The notes beneath the pieces are model-generated. The model was not told where the DNA came from. It saw only the letters and a program-made list of their open reading frames with translations, and searched no databases. This document shows positions 27,198 through 36,231 of a stretch of DNA of 64,000 nt, piece by piece (within the stretch, counting starts at the first letter, position 1; the number at the start of each line of letters is the position of its first letter). A program made the position numbers and the translations under genes. Source of the stretch: a virus. Location of the stretch: positions 1 to 64,000 of IMG/VR virus record IMGVR_UViG_3300017917_000601; one strand, 5' to 3'.

Positions 27198-27810
27198 CCT
27201 TAGCGTATAGGTCATCAATACTAGAATCGTTCTCAAGAACTGCATCAAACTCTGTGCCTATCCATGCTGTTTCACTGGCATGAATACCTGCTTGTTCTAG
27301 CTTTGATTTGCTAGTAGCCCATGTAAAGTTTTGTACTTCGCCCTTGTTTACGCTTAGTGCCCAGTCGTACCAGTAAGGTAGTTCTCCTCGTTTTACCCAG
27401 ATAATTAAACCGCCTGCGTCTTTAATTGACTTAATTTCATTAGGAAAACGGCAGTCGCTGATTACTACATCATCTTTGCTGTTGCGTAGTTTGTTTTCTA
27501 AGCTAGCAATCCAAATGTCGTCATGGAATGCTTTGCGACACACTTCTGTCCCCCAATATTGCAGTACCCAGCGTGGAGTAAGATTGGGCATGTTTAGGCG
27601 CTCTGCCCACCAAGGATCTACTTGTTCGCGCCATTCGCGGGCTTGTTTTGTGCGCCCTTCTAGCATAGTTCTATCCCAGCCAAAAACATATGATACAGCG
27701 TCTTTCAAACTATTAGCGAAGCTTTCTCGTCGGAAACTATGGAAGTTAACCAAATAATCTGCAATAGTATCTTTACCCGAACCAATGAAGCCGCATACGC
27801 CAATAATCAT
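27112..27810 (-). CDS. Deoxynucleoside monophosphate kinase, T4 gp1-like
   Basis: IIGVCGFIGSGKDT, SFANSLKD, TPRWVLQYWGTE, VVISDCRFPNE, HASE. Confidence 0.93.
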   Translation of the reverse strand: MIIGVCGFIGSGKDTIADYLVNFHSFRRESFANSLKDAVSYVFGWDRTMLEGRTKQAREWREQVDPWWAERLNMPNLTPRWVLQYWGTEVCRKAFHDDIWIASLENKLRNSKDDVVISDCRFPNEIKSIKDAGGLIIWVKRGELPYWYDWALSVNKGEVQNFTWATSKSKLEQAGIHASETAWIGTEFDAVLENDSSIDDLYAKVKDLVSNHLASSEHLHDEAHVDSLHIQS

Positions 27811-27816
27811 AAGAAT

Positions 27817-27862
27817 CTCCTAGTAGAAGCGTAGTATATATTACTTCTAACTAGGAGGTCAA
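27817..27862 (-). promoter_or_regulatory. sigma70 promoter overlapped by an SD-sequestering hairpin upstream of dNMP kinase
   Basis: TTGACC-18 nt-TATACT; arms 27817-27829 and 27844-27857 pair over 13 bp with one bulge and include AGGAG. Confidence 0.65.
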
Positions 27863-27883
27863 AAGTTTCTAAGCCAAACTGAA

Positions 27884-28144
27884 TTATAGTTCAGTTGGCT
27901 GTGGCTTGGCCGCTTTTTCAGCTAAAGTTTCAATATCTGCATTTAACACAATATCTTCTTTAGACCCAGAAATCGTTTCGCCGGCTGCTAGCTTGCGTTG
28001 TATTTCCTGGGCAACTATTTCTTCAATTGCAATTCGACATCTTTCATGTACTGCATTATCGATCCAATCTTGAGCTGAGAGAGCAACTGCATGAAGAGCT
28101 TTATCTTCTGCATCGCTTAGTACTACTGTATATGTTTTTGACAT
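27884..28144 (-). CDS. Small protein closing the C1q cassette (possible fibre-tip accessory)
   Basis: AGGAG SD; last gene of the fibre operon. Confidence 0.7.
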   Translation of the reverse strand: MSKTYTVVLSDAEDKALHAVALSAQDWIDNAVHERCRIAIEEIVAQEIQRKLAAGETISGSKEDIVLNADIETLAEKAAKPQPTEL

Positions 28145-28159
28145 TTTTTAATCTCCTGT

Positions 28160-28687
28160 TTAAGCTAGAAGCCAGCCAGAAAAATGGCCTAGGCCTCCAC
28201 CCATGTAATAATCGCTTGAATAAGTTGTTTGGTCTCTGTAAATATATAGCTGAACGTAGTCATTAGCGGCCAAGGTTAAGATGCACGATGCTACCATCTG
28301 TTGGTGATAGTTTGTACCAATAGAATAACAATAAGCATTGCCCCTACCAGTTACTAAAGATCCGTTTTTAATCCAACCCCATTCACCGTTTGTAACTGAG
28401 CTAGCACTATTCGACCTGTATAAAACGCTTGCCTGAAACTCATATATACCTGCAATTGGCGCAGTAAATCTACCGTTTGAAGTATTATATCTAGAATTAT
28501 TGTTAGATATTGTTGCTGAAAAGGTTACAGCTCCAATTGATTGGCGTATGCCGCCTTCATAAGCCCACGCCGCCGGTACTTGATTAAAATTTACGTATCC
28601 GTTAGCATCTTGAGTTATTCCAGTCGACCCTGTATTAGCAATCGTTGTTGCTCCTGTTATTGTTGTATTTCCAAGAACTACTGGCAT
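28160..28687 (-). CDS. C1q/TNF-like domain protein (paralogue 3)
   Basis: AWAY...VTF...YNTSNGRFTAPIAGIYEF...LAANDYV...HFSGWLL. Confidence 0.85.
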   Translation of the reverse strand: MPVVLGNTTITGATTIANTGSTGITQDANGYVNFNQVPAAWAYEGGIRQSIGAVTFSATISNNNSRYNTSNGRFTAPIAGIYEFQASVLYRSNSASSVTNGEWGWIKNGSLVTGRGNAYCYSIGTNYHQQMVASCILTLAANDYVQLYIYRDQTTYSSDYYMGGGLGHFSGWLLA

Positions 28688-28691
28688 AGTA

Positions 28692-29225
28692 TTATCCTAT
28701 TAATTTTCCTTGAAAGTGCCCGAGGCCGCCTCCAAAATAATAATCAGTGCTTGCTGATATTACGTTACACCGCATATCAACTACGTCGCCTGCCGAAAGA
28801 CTTAACATGACTGTTGAGAAACAAGGAGTGTGACCGTTTGACGACGGATTTACTACATAAACAAATCCTCTAGTACCAATGTTAGATCCATTTAGGGCAA
28901 AGTACCATTCACCGTTACCGGTGACGCCGTTTGATCTAAACAATAAACTTCCGCAAAACTCATAGATACCCCCTGCGCCAGCGGGAACTGTAAATCTTCC
29001 TGTTGATGTATTATATCCGCTACCTCTGTTAATGTTTACGTTGTTAAAAGGAATTGCAGAGTTTGTAGTTGTTGTTGATGAACCATCATCGCTTCTATAA
29101 GCGTAAAAACACACCCTACTAGGGAATGTAACATAGCCACTGCCGTCAACATTTAGTCCGGCAGAGCTTGTGCCAGCGATTGCCGAAACTCCTGTAATAC
29201 TCGATGCTCCAAGTGTAATTGACAT
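28692..29225 (-). CDS. C1q/TNF-like domain protein (paralogue 2)
   Basis: CFYAY...IPFNNVNINRGSGYNTSTGRFTVP..GIYEF...LSAGDVV...HFQGKLI. Confidence 0.87.
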   Translation of the reverse strand: MSITLGASSITGVSAIAGTSSAGLNVDGSGYVTFPSRVCFYAYRSDDGSSTTTTNSAIPFNNVNINRGSGYNTSTGRFTVPAGAGGIYEFCGSLLFRSNGVTGNGEWYFALNGSNIGTRGFVYVVNPSSNGHTPCFSTVMLSLSAGDVVDMRCNVISASTDYYFGGGLGHFQGKLIG

Positions 29226-29228
29226 GTG

Positions 29229-29753
29229 TTATCCTAATAATTTTCCAGAAAAATGTCCAAGGTTTTCACCATAATAAAAGTCAGTACCAGAAGAAATAGT
29301 TATCAAACAAACACTTACATAATCGCCTGCGTTTAGGTAACGTATTTGCGTCCAATGTGTAGGTATATGTTCACTTGAATAAACTACGTGTGTGTAAGCT
29401 AGTCTGCCTTGGTTAACATTATTTACGGCAAAGCCAACTTCGCCATACCCGCCGCTACTAGAATGGCGTTGCAATACATGAGCATGAAATTGATAGTAGC
29501 CTGCTATAGGTGCAGTAAATCTACCAGTGCTAGTACTATAATGATTACCCCGATTGACTCTAGTATTGCTAAAAACTAACGCTGTAGTTGTCGTAGTAGT
29601 TGATACACCGCCTGAGGAGTACGCATAAAAGCAAGGAATATATGGTAATCTAGCATACCCAGAACTGTCGATAGTTATTCCAGCATTGCCGGTCCCGGCA
29701 ATACTAGTTGCACCAGATATAGTATCTGTAGATCCGTTAATTAACACCGGCAT
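29229..29753 (-). CDS. C1q/TNF-like domain protein (paralogue 1)
   Basis: CFYAY...LVFSNTRVNRGNHYSTSTGRFTAPIAGYYQF...LNAGDYV...HFSGKLL. Confidence 0.87.
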   Translation of the reverse strand: MPVLINGSTDTISGATSIAGTGNAGITIDSSGYARLPYIPCFYAYSSGGVSTTTTTTALVFSNTRVNRGNHYSTSTGRFTAPIAGYYQFHAHVLQRHSSSGGYGEVGFAVNNVNQGRLAYTHVVYSSEHIPTHWTQIRYLNAGDYVSVCLITISSGTDFYYGENLGHFSGKLLG

Positions 29754-32700
29754 TAGATTTTTCCTTTAAGATCATCAATTTGCTTTTGTTGTTCTTTAAT
29801 TGCTTCAACTAGTAAAGCAACGGTGTTTGCATACGCAAGAGATTTAATACCATTTTCATCTGTTACTACTAATTCAGGAATAATTGCTTCAACTTCTTGA
29901 GCAATCATACCCATTTCTCTATTACCGTTTGAAATACGATTATACATTACACCTCGAAGAGCAAGTGCTTTTTCTAAAGCGTTTTCTATAGTAGAAACGT
30001 TTGTTTTTAGTGTCGCATCAGAGTTTGATGTTATTGTTCCGGTGGCTGAGATGTTACCTTCAACAGTTATACCTGCCTTAAATGTAGCAACTCTAGTATT
30101 AGCAACTTCTAACCACGAGTTCATGCTTCCGTTAGTAGTGGCTGTTCTAGCAAAATACAATATACCGTTGCCAGTGGCCATGCCCATTGATGCATAAGTT
30201 GTAGTATCAGCTTTAATGCTAATACACGCTGTACTTAAAGACCACCCCGAAGTTCCATCTGACGCTTGGTGACCTAAAAATGCTCCGTTTGCGGCATCTT
30301 TAAGAACCACTGATTGGTTAGCTGTTGCATAATAAGCACCGCCACTTACTAGGTTAGTAACAGATAAAGATCCTAAAGTGCCAACACTGGTTAGACTTGA
30401 ACTTGTAACACCACTTCCTAAAGCAGTAGCACTTAAGACCGTTGTGTTATTAATTCTAAATGTTTTTCCAGTAGCAATACTTAGATCGTTATTAATTGTA
30501 GTTGTACCAGTTCCTGCGCCAATGCTAATTGCAGTGCCGGCGCCAAATGCGTTAACTGTTGTAGCGTTAGTATTAACAATATTAACAGTAGTTGAGCTAG
30601 AATTAACAGTTAAGTCGCCACCTCTAAATTCTAAGTCGCCTGCAACGACAGCATTGTTATTAATTGTAGTTGTACCAGTTCCTGCACCAATTGCAACGGC
30701 TGTAGCCGCACCACCAATATTTAAACCAGTGGCATTAGTGTTAAACAGCGGCACTGTACCAGTTTGTGAAGTAGTAATGCCGCCGCTTCCATTGGCGGCT
30801 ACAGTTCCGCTAACTGTTAAACTGGTCAATGTGCCAACACTTGTTAGGCTCGATGCCGTAACGCCGCTTCCTAATGTTGTAGCATTAAGAACACTAGTTC
30901 CGTCGACTAGATAACCAAAGGTACTAGCAACTCCAATGTTTTGATTTGCTGTAAATGCGTTAGTTGCATCGACCCAGTTAAAAGTTTTATTACCGTCGCC
31001 TGATTCAACAGTAATACCTGATCCGTCGGCGGCAGCATCGTTTATTGCTCCGCTACCTAACACAATATTTTTGTCGTCAACAGTTAATGTTGTTGAGTTA
31101 ATAGTTGTTGTAGTTCCGTCGACTTGCAAATTACCTTTAATTTGTACAGTTCCAGTATCATTACCTTCAGCCGCTGGATCAAGAATCAATGTGCTTGGGC
31201 CAATAACTTTATTAACATAAATTTTGTCATAAAGAATACTTGAAGTACCTAGTGTATAGAGATTGGTAACACTAGGAACAATGTTAGAACTAACTTGTGT
31301 AAAATAAGTTTTAACAGCTTGCTCAGTTGGAACTGCTAAATTACTGTTACCGCTTAAAGTTGCATCTGCAGAGAACTCGTTAATTTGTTCACCTAACTGA
31401 GCACCAATACTACCAAGTCTTAAACTTGTAAGACCAGATAAGTCGAACGCACTAGCATTAAGTGTTGCTCTACCAGTAGCTTGGTCAACTTTAAAGTATT
31501 CGCCAACTCTGAAGTTACCGTCTTGGTCAGTACTTACATAGAATACACGAGCTGGGAACAGTTCAATAACTTCATTGCCTTGGCTAGCCGCCTGGAAAGG
31601 AATTCCTGGATAGTTAGTAGTTGCTACGCCACCTGTACCAATACTTAAGAAGTCGTGCCCAGTTAATCGAATATTGGAATAATCATATCTAATTTTGACA
31701 CTAGTTCCGTCAACGCTTGGGATTGACTTTTCACCAGCTAGTACAATAGTTGTAACACTGCTACTGTTAGTCCAGCCGCTTACGCTTTGAATAACGTACG
31801 TGTTTGTATCACCGGTTGTAAATTCAATACTGCCGCCTGGACGAGGTTCAACTACAAATCCAGTAGCAATTAAAATAAATCCAGACTGGCCGGTAACTCC
31901 GCCTGTGGCAATTGCCGCAGATACTCCAAGACCGTTGCTAATAGTTTCACCAGCTGTAAATGGGCCACCGCTAGTTACTTTATAGTATATTTTTCTAGCC
32001 GAAGGTTGAACATTAGTAACAACCGCAACTGCTCCACTAGATTGCCCTGTAATGGTGTTGCCGACACTAAAACTTCCACCAGTTAAGCTGATTGCAGTGT
32101 ATTCTAACATGTCTCCGTATAGAGTACCGTTTAAGGTTGTTTCAGTTAAGTTTGTACCAGATGCTAATACTCCGTATGTTCCGTAACTGTTGTTACCGTT
32201 AAGTGCGCGAATCTTTCCGCCTCTTGTTGCCGCATAACCTGTATGACAGAAATATGTAAAGCAACTAACAATTTCGCTCTTGGCATTGTCTTTAACCCAG
32301 AATCCAACACCGCCGTCTAATATAACAGTGTATCCATGGAATACCATAGATTTTAATCCAGTTGCATGTACGCTTCCGTCTAATAATGCCCCAACAGATC
32401 CGGCAGATTTAGCACTACATTCAATAACGTATGGCGACTTTGTAGCGATCGGTGTTAACGGATCAAATGCAACATAAACTCCGCCGATAGTAGACTGGTC
32501 AATGTTTTGATCGTTTGGTGCGTAAGGCACATAACCAGTTAGTCCTTCAAACAACATCTTATTAAGAAGGGCACCATCGCCTAGTCTCCACATTGTTTGT
32601 TGCTCATATCCTGGTGCGGCTTTAACTGTTGTAGTTCTTTGGTTGTCTCCTACAACAGCAACAAAACTAGGAACTGTAATAGGTAATTGTTCTAGATAAA

Positions 32701-33157
32701 CACCTGATGCAACATAAATTGTTGCAGGTCCAACTGCTTGAGTACAGGCATGTTTAATTGTAGAGAATGCAGTTCCCCAAGACAATCCACTGTTAGCATC
32801 ACTGCCTGTAGGACTTACATAATAAATTTTTGTATTGACACCGTTGTCTTGCCAGGTTGGTACTCCGCTAACTACGGTTAACACCTGTCCAGATGACCCA
32901 ATGGGTAGTCTAGCATCTTGACTAGTTTCTCTATAAATTATGTCGCCCTTGGTGGTAGTTACTGTACTACCTTCTACCATTAGTTCAAACTTTGAAGAAT
33001 TTGTAGCCCAACTAGTTGCACTAGTATGGCCTACTATACAAGCATAGCTTGATCCGTTATAGCGAACTACATCGTCTTTGACGTAGGTTTGCCCAAGAGC
33101 CCATGCTCCTCTCCAGTTAAATTTAATTTTACCTAAATTAATTGATGTAATTGCCAT
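29753..33157 (-). CDS. Tail fibre protein with beta-helix region and C-terminal Peptidase_S74-type intramolecular chaperone
   Basis: Shared N-terminal module with the giant proteins; SSLTSVGTL repeats; NSDATLKTNV...GMIAQEVE...LVEAIKE. Confidence 0.85.
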   Translation of the reverse strand: MAITSINLGKIKFNWRGAWALGQTYVKDDVVRYNGSSYACIVGHTSATSWATNSSKFELMVEGSTVTTTKGDIIYRETSQDARLPIGSSGQVLTVVSGVPTWQDNGVNTKIYYVSPTGSDANSGLSWGTAFSTIKHACTQAVGPATIYVASGVYLEQLPITVPSFVAVVGDNQRTTTVKAAPGYEQQTMWRLGDGALLNKMLFEGLTGYVPYAPNDQNIDQSTIGGVYVAFDPLTPIATKSPYVIECSAKSAGSVGALLDGSVHATGLKSMVFHGYTVILDGGVGFWVKDNAKSEIVSCFTYFCHTGYAATRGGKIRALNGNNSYGTYGVLASGTNLTETTLNGTLYGDMLEYTAISLTGGSFSVGNTITGQSSGAVAVVTNVQPSARKIYYKVTSGGPFTAGETISNGLGVSAAIATGGVTGQSGFILIATGFVVEPRPGGSIEFTTGDTNTYVIQSVSGWTNSSSVTTIVLAGEKSIPSVDGTSVKIRYDYSNIRLTGHDFLSIGTGGVATTNYPGIPFQAASQGNEVIELFPARVFYVSTDQDGNFRVGEYFKVDQATGRATLNASAFDLSGLTSLRLGSIGAQLGEQINEFSADATLSGNSNLAVPTEQAVKTYFTQVSSNIVPSVTNLYTLGTSSILYDKIYVNKVIGPSTLILDPAAEGNDTGTVQIKGNLQVDGTTTTINSTTLTVDDKNIVLGSGAINDAAADGSGITVESGDGNKTFNWVDATNAFTANQNIGVASTFGYLVDGTSVLNATTLGSGVTASSLTSVGTLTSLTVSGTVAANGSGGITTSQTGTVPLFNTNATGLNIGGAATAVAIGAGTGTTTINNNAVVAGDLEFRGGDLTVNSSSTTVNIVNTNATTVNAFGAGTAISIGAGTGTTTINNDLSIATGKTFRINNTTVLSATALGSGVTSSSLTSVGTLGSLSVTNLVSGGAYYATANQSVVLKDAANGAFLGHQASDGTSGWSLSTACISIKADTTTYASMGMATGNGILYFARTATTNGSMNSWLEVANTRVATFKAGITVEGNISATGTITSNSDATLKTNVSTIENALEKALALRGVMYNRISNGNREMGMIAQEVEAIIPELVVTDENGIKSLAYANTVALLVEAIKEQQKQIDDLKGKI

Positions 33158-33174
33158 AGTGTTATTCCGTTATT

Positions 33175-33960
33175 TTAACTAAATGTAACAATTAAGTTAC
33201 CGCTAGCATCCATTGAATACGAGTAATTTGATGTACCTATATCCGTATCTTCATATAGGTCATTTCCAGTTGCATCTTGTAAAGACACTGTTGAATCTTG
33301 TGTATAAGAGTAAATTAAGTCGCCGCTTGAATTAACACTAAATCCGTGGAACATAGTGTCATATGAAATTTCTCCAGCTACGTCAACTGCAAACCCCGAA
33401 CCTATTATTATTCCACCTAATACAGATGTTGTTGCTGGCACTAACGGGTTAGTGCTAATTACTCCGTTAGCATCAACTGATATACCGGTTCCAACAATAA
33501 CACCGCCTAGAGTATTAGTAGTTGCTTTTGCAAGTGCAGTTGTAATACTAATATCAGCAGTACCATCAAATGCAACACCGTTAATGCTTCTTGCTGTTTG
33601 TAATTTTGTTGCTGTGGCGGCGTTACCAACAATAGTATTTGTAACAGTTAAATTAGTTAATGTTCCAACGCTTGTTAGACTTGAACTAACAACATTAGAG
33701 GCTAGTGTAGTTCCAGTAAGAGTACTCGATGCCGCGGTAACAGTAATGTTAGCGGTTCCGTCAAATGCAACGCCGTTGATGTTCCTTGACGTCTGTAATT
33801 TAGTAGCACTTGCCGCGTTGCCAGAAAGCACGTAAGTAGCAACATTAGACATGTTACTTTTCTTACTGACAGGAATTTGACCACTGTTGTCTACAACAGG
33901 AATCGTAACTGTTCCGTCTATCGTTGTTAACGGGGTAAGTTCGGAGATCTTAATTGGCAT
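33175..33960 (-). CDS. Short tail-fibre-like protein
   Basis: Two ATKLQT.R.INGVAFDGTA.I repeats and two AT...LGG.I.G.G..VD..G repeats. Confidence 0.7.
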   Translation of the reverse strand: MPIKISELTPLTTIDGTVTIPVVDNSGQIPVSKKSNMSNVATYVLSGNAASATKLQTSRNINGVAFDGTANITVTAASSTLTGTTLASNVVSSSLTSVGTLTNLTVTNTIVGNAATATKLQTARSINGVAFDGTADISITTALAKATTNTLGGVIVGTGISVDANGVISTNPLVPATTSVLGGIIIGSGFAVDVAGEISYDTMFHGFSVNSSGDLIYSYTQDSTVSLQDATGNDLYEDTDIGTSNYSYSMDASGNLIVTFS

Positions 33961-33966
33961 GTTTTA

Positions 33967-34758
33967 TTAACCGATAACAAACGTTAACGGTGTTCCTCCT
34001 ACTACATTTGTTTCTAATTCTTTATCTAATTCTTTTTGCTCTTCTTTGCCTGCGGCTAGAAGTGCTGTTCCGTTGAGTTGAATAGGACTTTGCGGGCCAG
34101 CAATACTACCAAATTTACTACGTGCTTCACCTAGCATTACTTTGCAAGTTGCTAGACTATAATCATATAACCACTGTTTGATATAAACATCCTGTAGTAG
34201 TACAAAGTCTGGTCTAAAGTTGTGTGTTCTTAACAAAACTTGTTCGCCTTGTGCAAACGGTCTTTGTAAAATTGTTAAAATATGATTAGTTGGATTCCAT
34301 TTAAATTCAATAAATGCTCCAAACATTTTTCCAACAAGTTTTTGATATCCTGCAAATAATTCATAAGTTGCAAGACCACCTAGCATACTTCCTGTTAGTA
34401 AGTAGGTATTTGTATAAGCTAAGTTAAAAGGTTCAAATAATGTGCCGCCAGCACCGGTACCACTACGTGATCCAATAGCACGTCTAAAAATTTGACGAAC
34501 CTCAATAACTTCGTTGGGCAATCTGTACTCATTTACATCCTGCTGTAATTCTAAGAACATATAGCTTTCTTCAACAGAAGCACTGCTTTTTTGTCTTAAT
34601 CTGCTAAGTGCGCGATCTAACGCAAGCTCGTAGTGTTTGGGATCTAATTCTACTTCGACCATGCCGTCGCCCAGCATAGTTTTGCAGTAATCAAACACTT
34701 TGTTGCGCTCTAGAGTGCTGTTAGATTGCCCCGGATCTTGAGGGTATGTATCGGCCAT
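33967..34758 (-). CDS. gp13: Neck protein, T4 gp13-like
   Basis: MLGDGMVEVELD, WLYDYSLA..K..LGEARSKF, IQLNG; next to gp14/gp15. Confidence 0.85.
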   Translation of the reverse strand: MADTYPQDPGQSNSTLERNKVFDYCKTMLGDGMVEVELDPKHYELALDRALSRLRQKSSASVEESYMFLELQQDVNEYRLPNEVIEVRQIFRRAIGSRSGTGAGGTLFEPFNLAYTNTYLLTGSMLGGLATYELFAGYQKLVGKMFGAFIEFKWNPTNHILTILQRPFAQGEQVLLRTHNFRPDFVLLQDVYIKQWLYDYSLATCKVMLGEARSKFGSIAGPQSPIQLNGTALLAAGKEEQKELDKELETNVVGGTPLTFVIG

Positions 34759-34774
34759 TATTAGTTCTCCTAGT

Positions 34775-34796
34775 ATATTTATCTAGCGATAAATAT
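34775..34796. promoter_or_regulatory. Back-to-back late promoters forming a palindrome
   Basis: ATATTTATC-TAGC-GATAAATAT between divergent gp13 and gp14. Confidence 0.75.
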
Positions 34797-34800
34797 CATT

Positions 34801-36231
34801 ATGCCACGATTATCTTTATATAAGCCCGAGCGAGGGCAAGATTATTCCTTTATAGACCGTCAGATTTCTGAAGCATTTCAGATGGGCGGCACAGATATCT
34901 ACCTGCACAAATATATAGGTACAGGCGAAGGTGCTGATTTTAAAGACGTAACACAGATACAAGATCTTGTGTTTTTAGAAAATCGTGACAGAAAATACGA
35001 TCAAGAAATCTACAGAATTCGAGGAATTTACAACGTACAAAACATTGACTTTAACCTAAGTCAGTTTGGTCTGTTTATCGACAATGACACGCTCTATATG
35101 ACCGTGCATATTAATGATTTTATCAAATTTATTGGTCGTAAACCACTCAGCGGCGATGTTATGGAGTTGCCACATTTACGTGACGAGTTTGCACTTAACG
35201 GAGCAGATGTTAGCTTACCTAGATACTATGTTATTGAAGATGTGGGCCGTGCTAGCGAAGGGTTTAGTGCTACGTGGTATCCTCATCTATACAGATTAAA
35301 ACTTAAGAAAATTATGGATAGCCAGCAGTTTGCTGATATCCTTAACAAGCCAGCTACAGATTCTATGGGTAATCCTAGTGCTAGTGGTGATACACTATTA
35401 GACATCTTAAGCACGTATCAAAAGGAACTTGCTGTTAACAATGCTGTTATTGCTGAAGCTGATTTAGACACTAATACAGCACATCCGTACGATAAAGATG
35501 ATCCTAACAGTCCCCCTGTAGGAAAGAGCGGTTATGAAACAAGACAATTCTATACTTTAGCTGTAAACGAGCAAGGTAAGACTGTTTTAAATACCGCTGA
35601 CAATGGTAGTTTGCTTGCATCTGGAACTATATTATCTACTGAAAGTGTAGCTAGGCCATTAAAGACTGGTTATACAGGATACTTAGTCGGAGATGGGTTT
35701 CCGGACAACGGGCACGAGTTTGGTCACGGTATTCAATTTCCGGAGCTTGCTGGAGAAGGCGATTATTTCTTAAGAACAGATTTCCTGCCAAATCGTCTTT
35801 TTAGATTTAAAGAAAATCGCTGGATAAGACTCGAAGACAACGTAAGAATGGAACTATCTAATACCAGCACAAGACAAACACTTAAGACTAGCTTTATTAA
35901 TAATACTGCATATCTATACGATCAAGCAGTTGCAATTGATTATGTTACAATTACAGCTAATGCATCTGTAATAGATACTGATGTAAATTATCCAGTGTCT
36001 GCTCTGTACCTAGTGTTTAAATTTGAAACTACTGAAATAGCATTTACTGTTGCCAGCCATACAGGATTGTTAACTAACAATGCTGGAAAAGTAAGAATAA
36101 ATCTTCCAATTGTTAACACCGTGCAACAAGTTATACCTTACTCAGGTACTTGGAAAGTCAGTTTCTGCAATGGCAGAGTTGAACAGCGACAAGCTCTTAG
36201 CAAGGCTTTAAGACCAAAGGCAGATCTATAA
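34801..36231 (+). CDS. gp14: Neck/head-closure protein, T4 gp14-like, with C-terminal extension
   Basis: GTDIYLHKY, LSQFGLFI, GDVMELP, YRLKLK; neck cluster. Confidence 0.75.
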   Translation: MPRLSLYKPERGQDYSFIDRQISEAFQMGGTDIYLHKYIGTGEGADFKDVTQIQDLVFLENRDRKYDQEIYRIRGIYNVQNIDFNLSQFGLFIDNDTLYMTVHINDFIKFIGRKPLSGDVMELPHLRDEFALNGADVSLPRYYVIEDVGRASEGFSATWYPHLYRLKLKKIMDSQQFADILNKPATDSMGNPSASGDTLLDILSTYQKELAVNNAVIAEADLDTNTAHPYDKDDPNSPPVGKSGYETRQFYTLAVNEQGKTVLNTADNGSLLASGTILSTESVARPLKTGYTGYLVGDGFPDNGHEFGHGIQFPELAGEGDYFLRTDFLPNRLFRFKENRWIRLEDNVRMELSNTSTRQTLKTSFINNTAYLYDQAVAIDYVTITANASVIDTDVNYPVSALYLVFKFETTEIAFTVASHTGLLTNNAGKVRINLPIVNTVQQVIPYSGTWKVSFCNGRVEQRQALSKALRPKADL

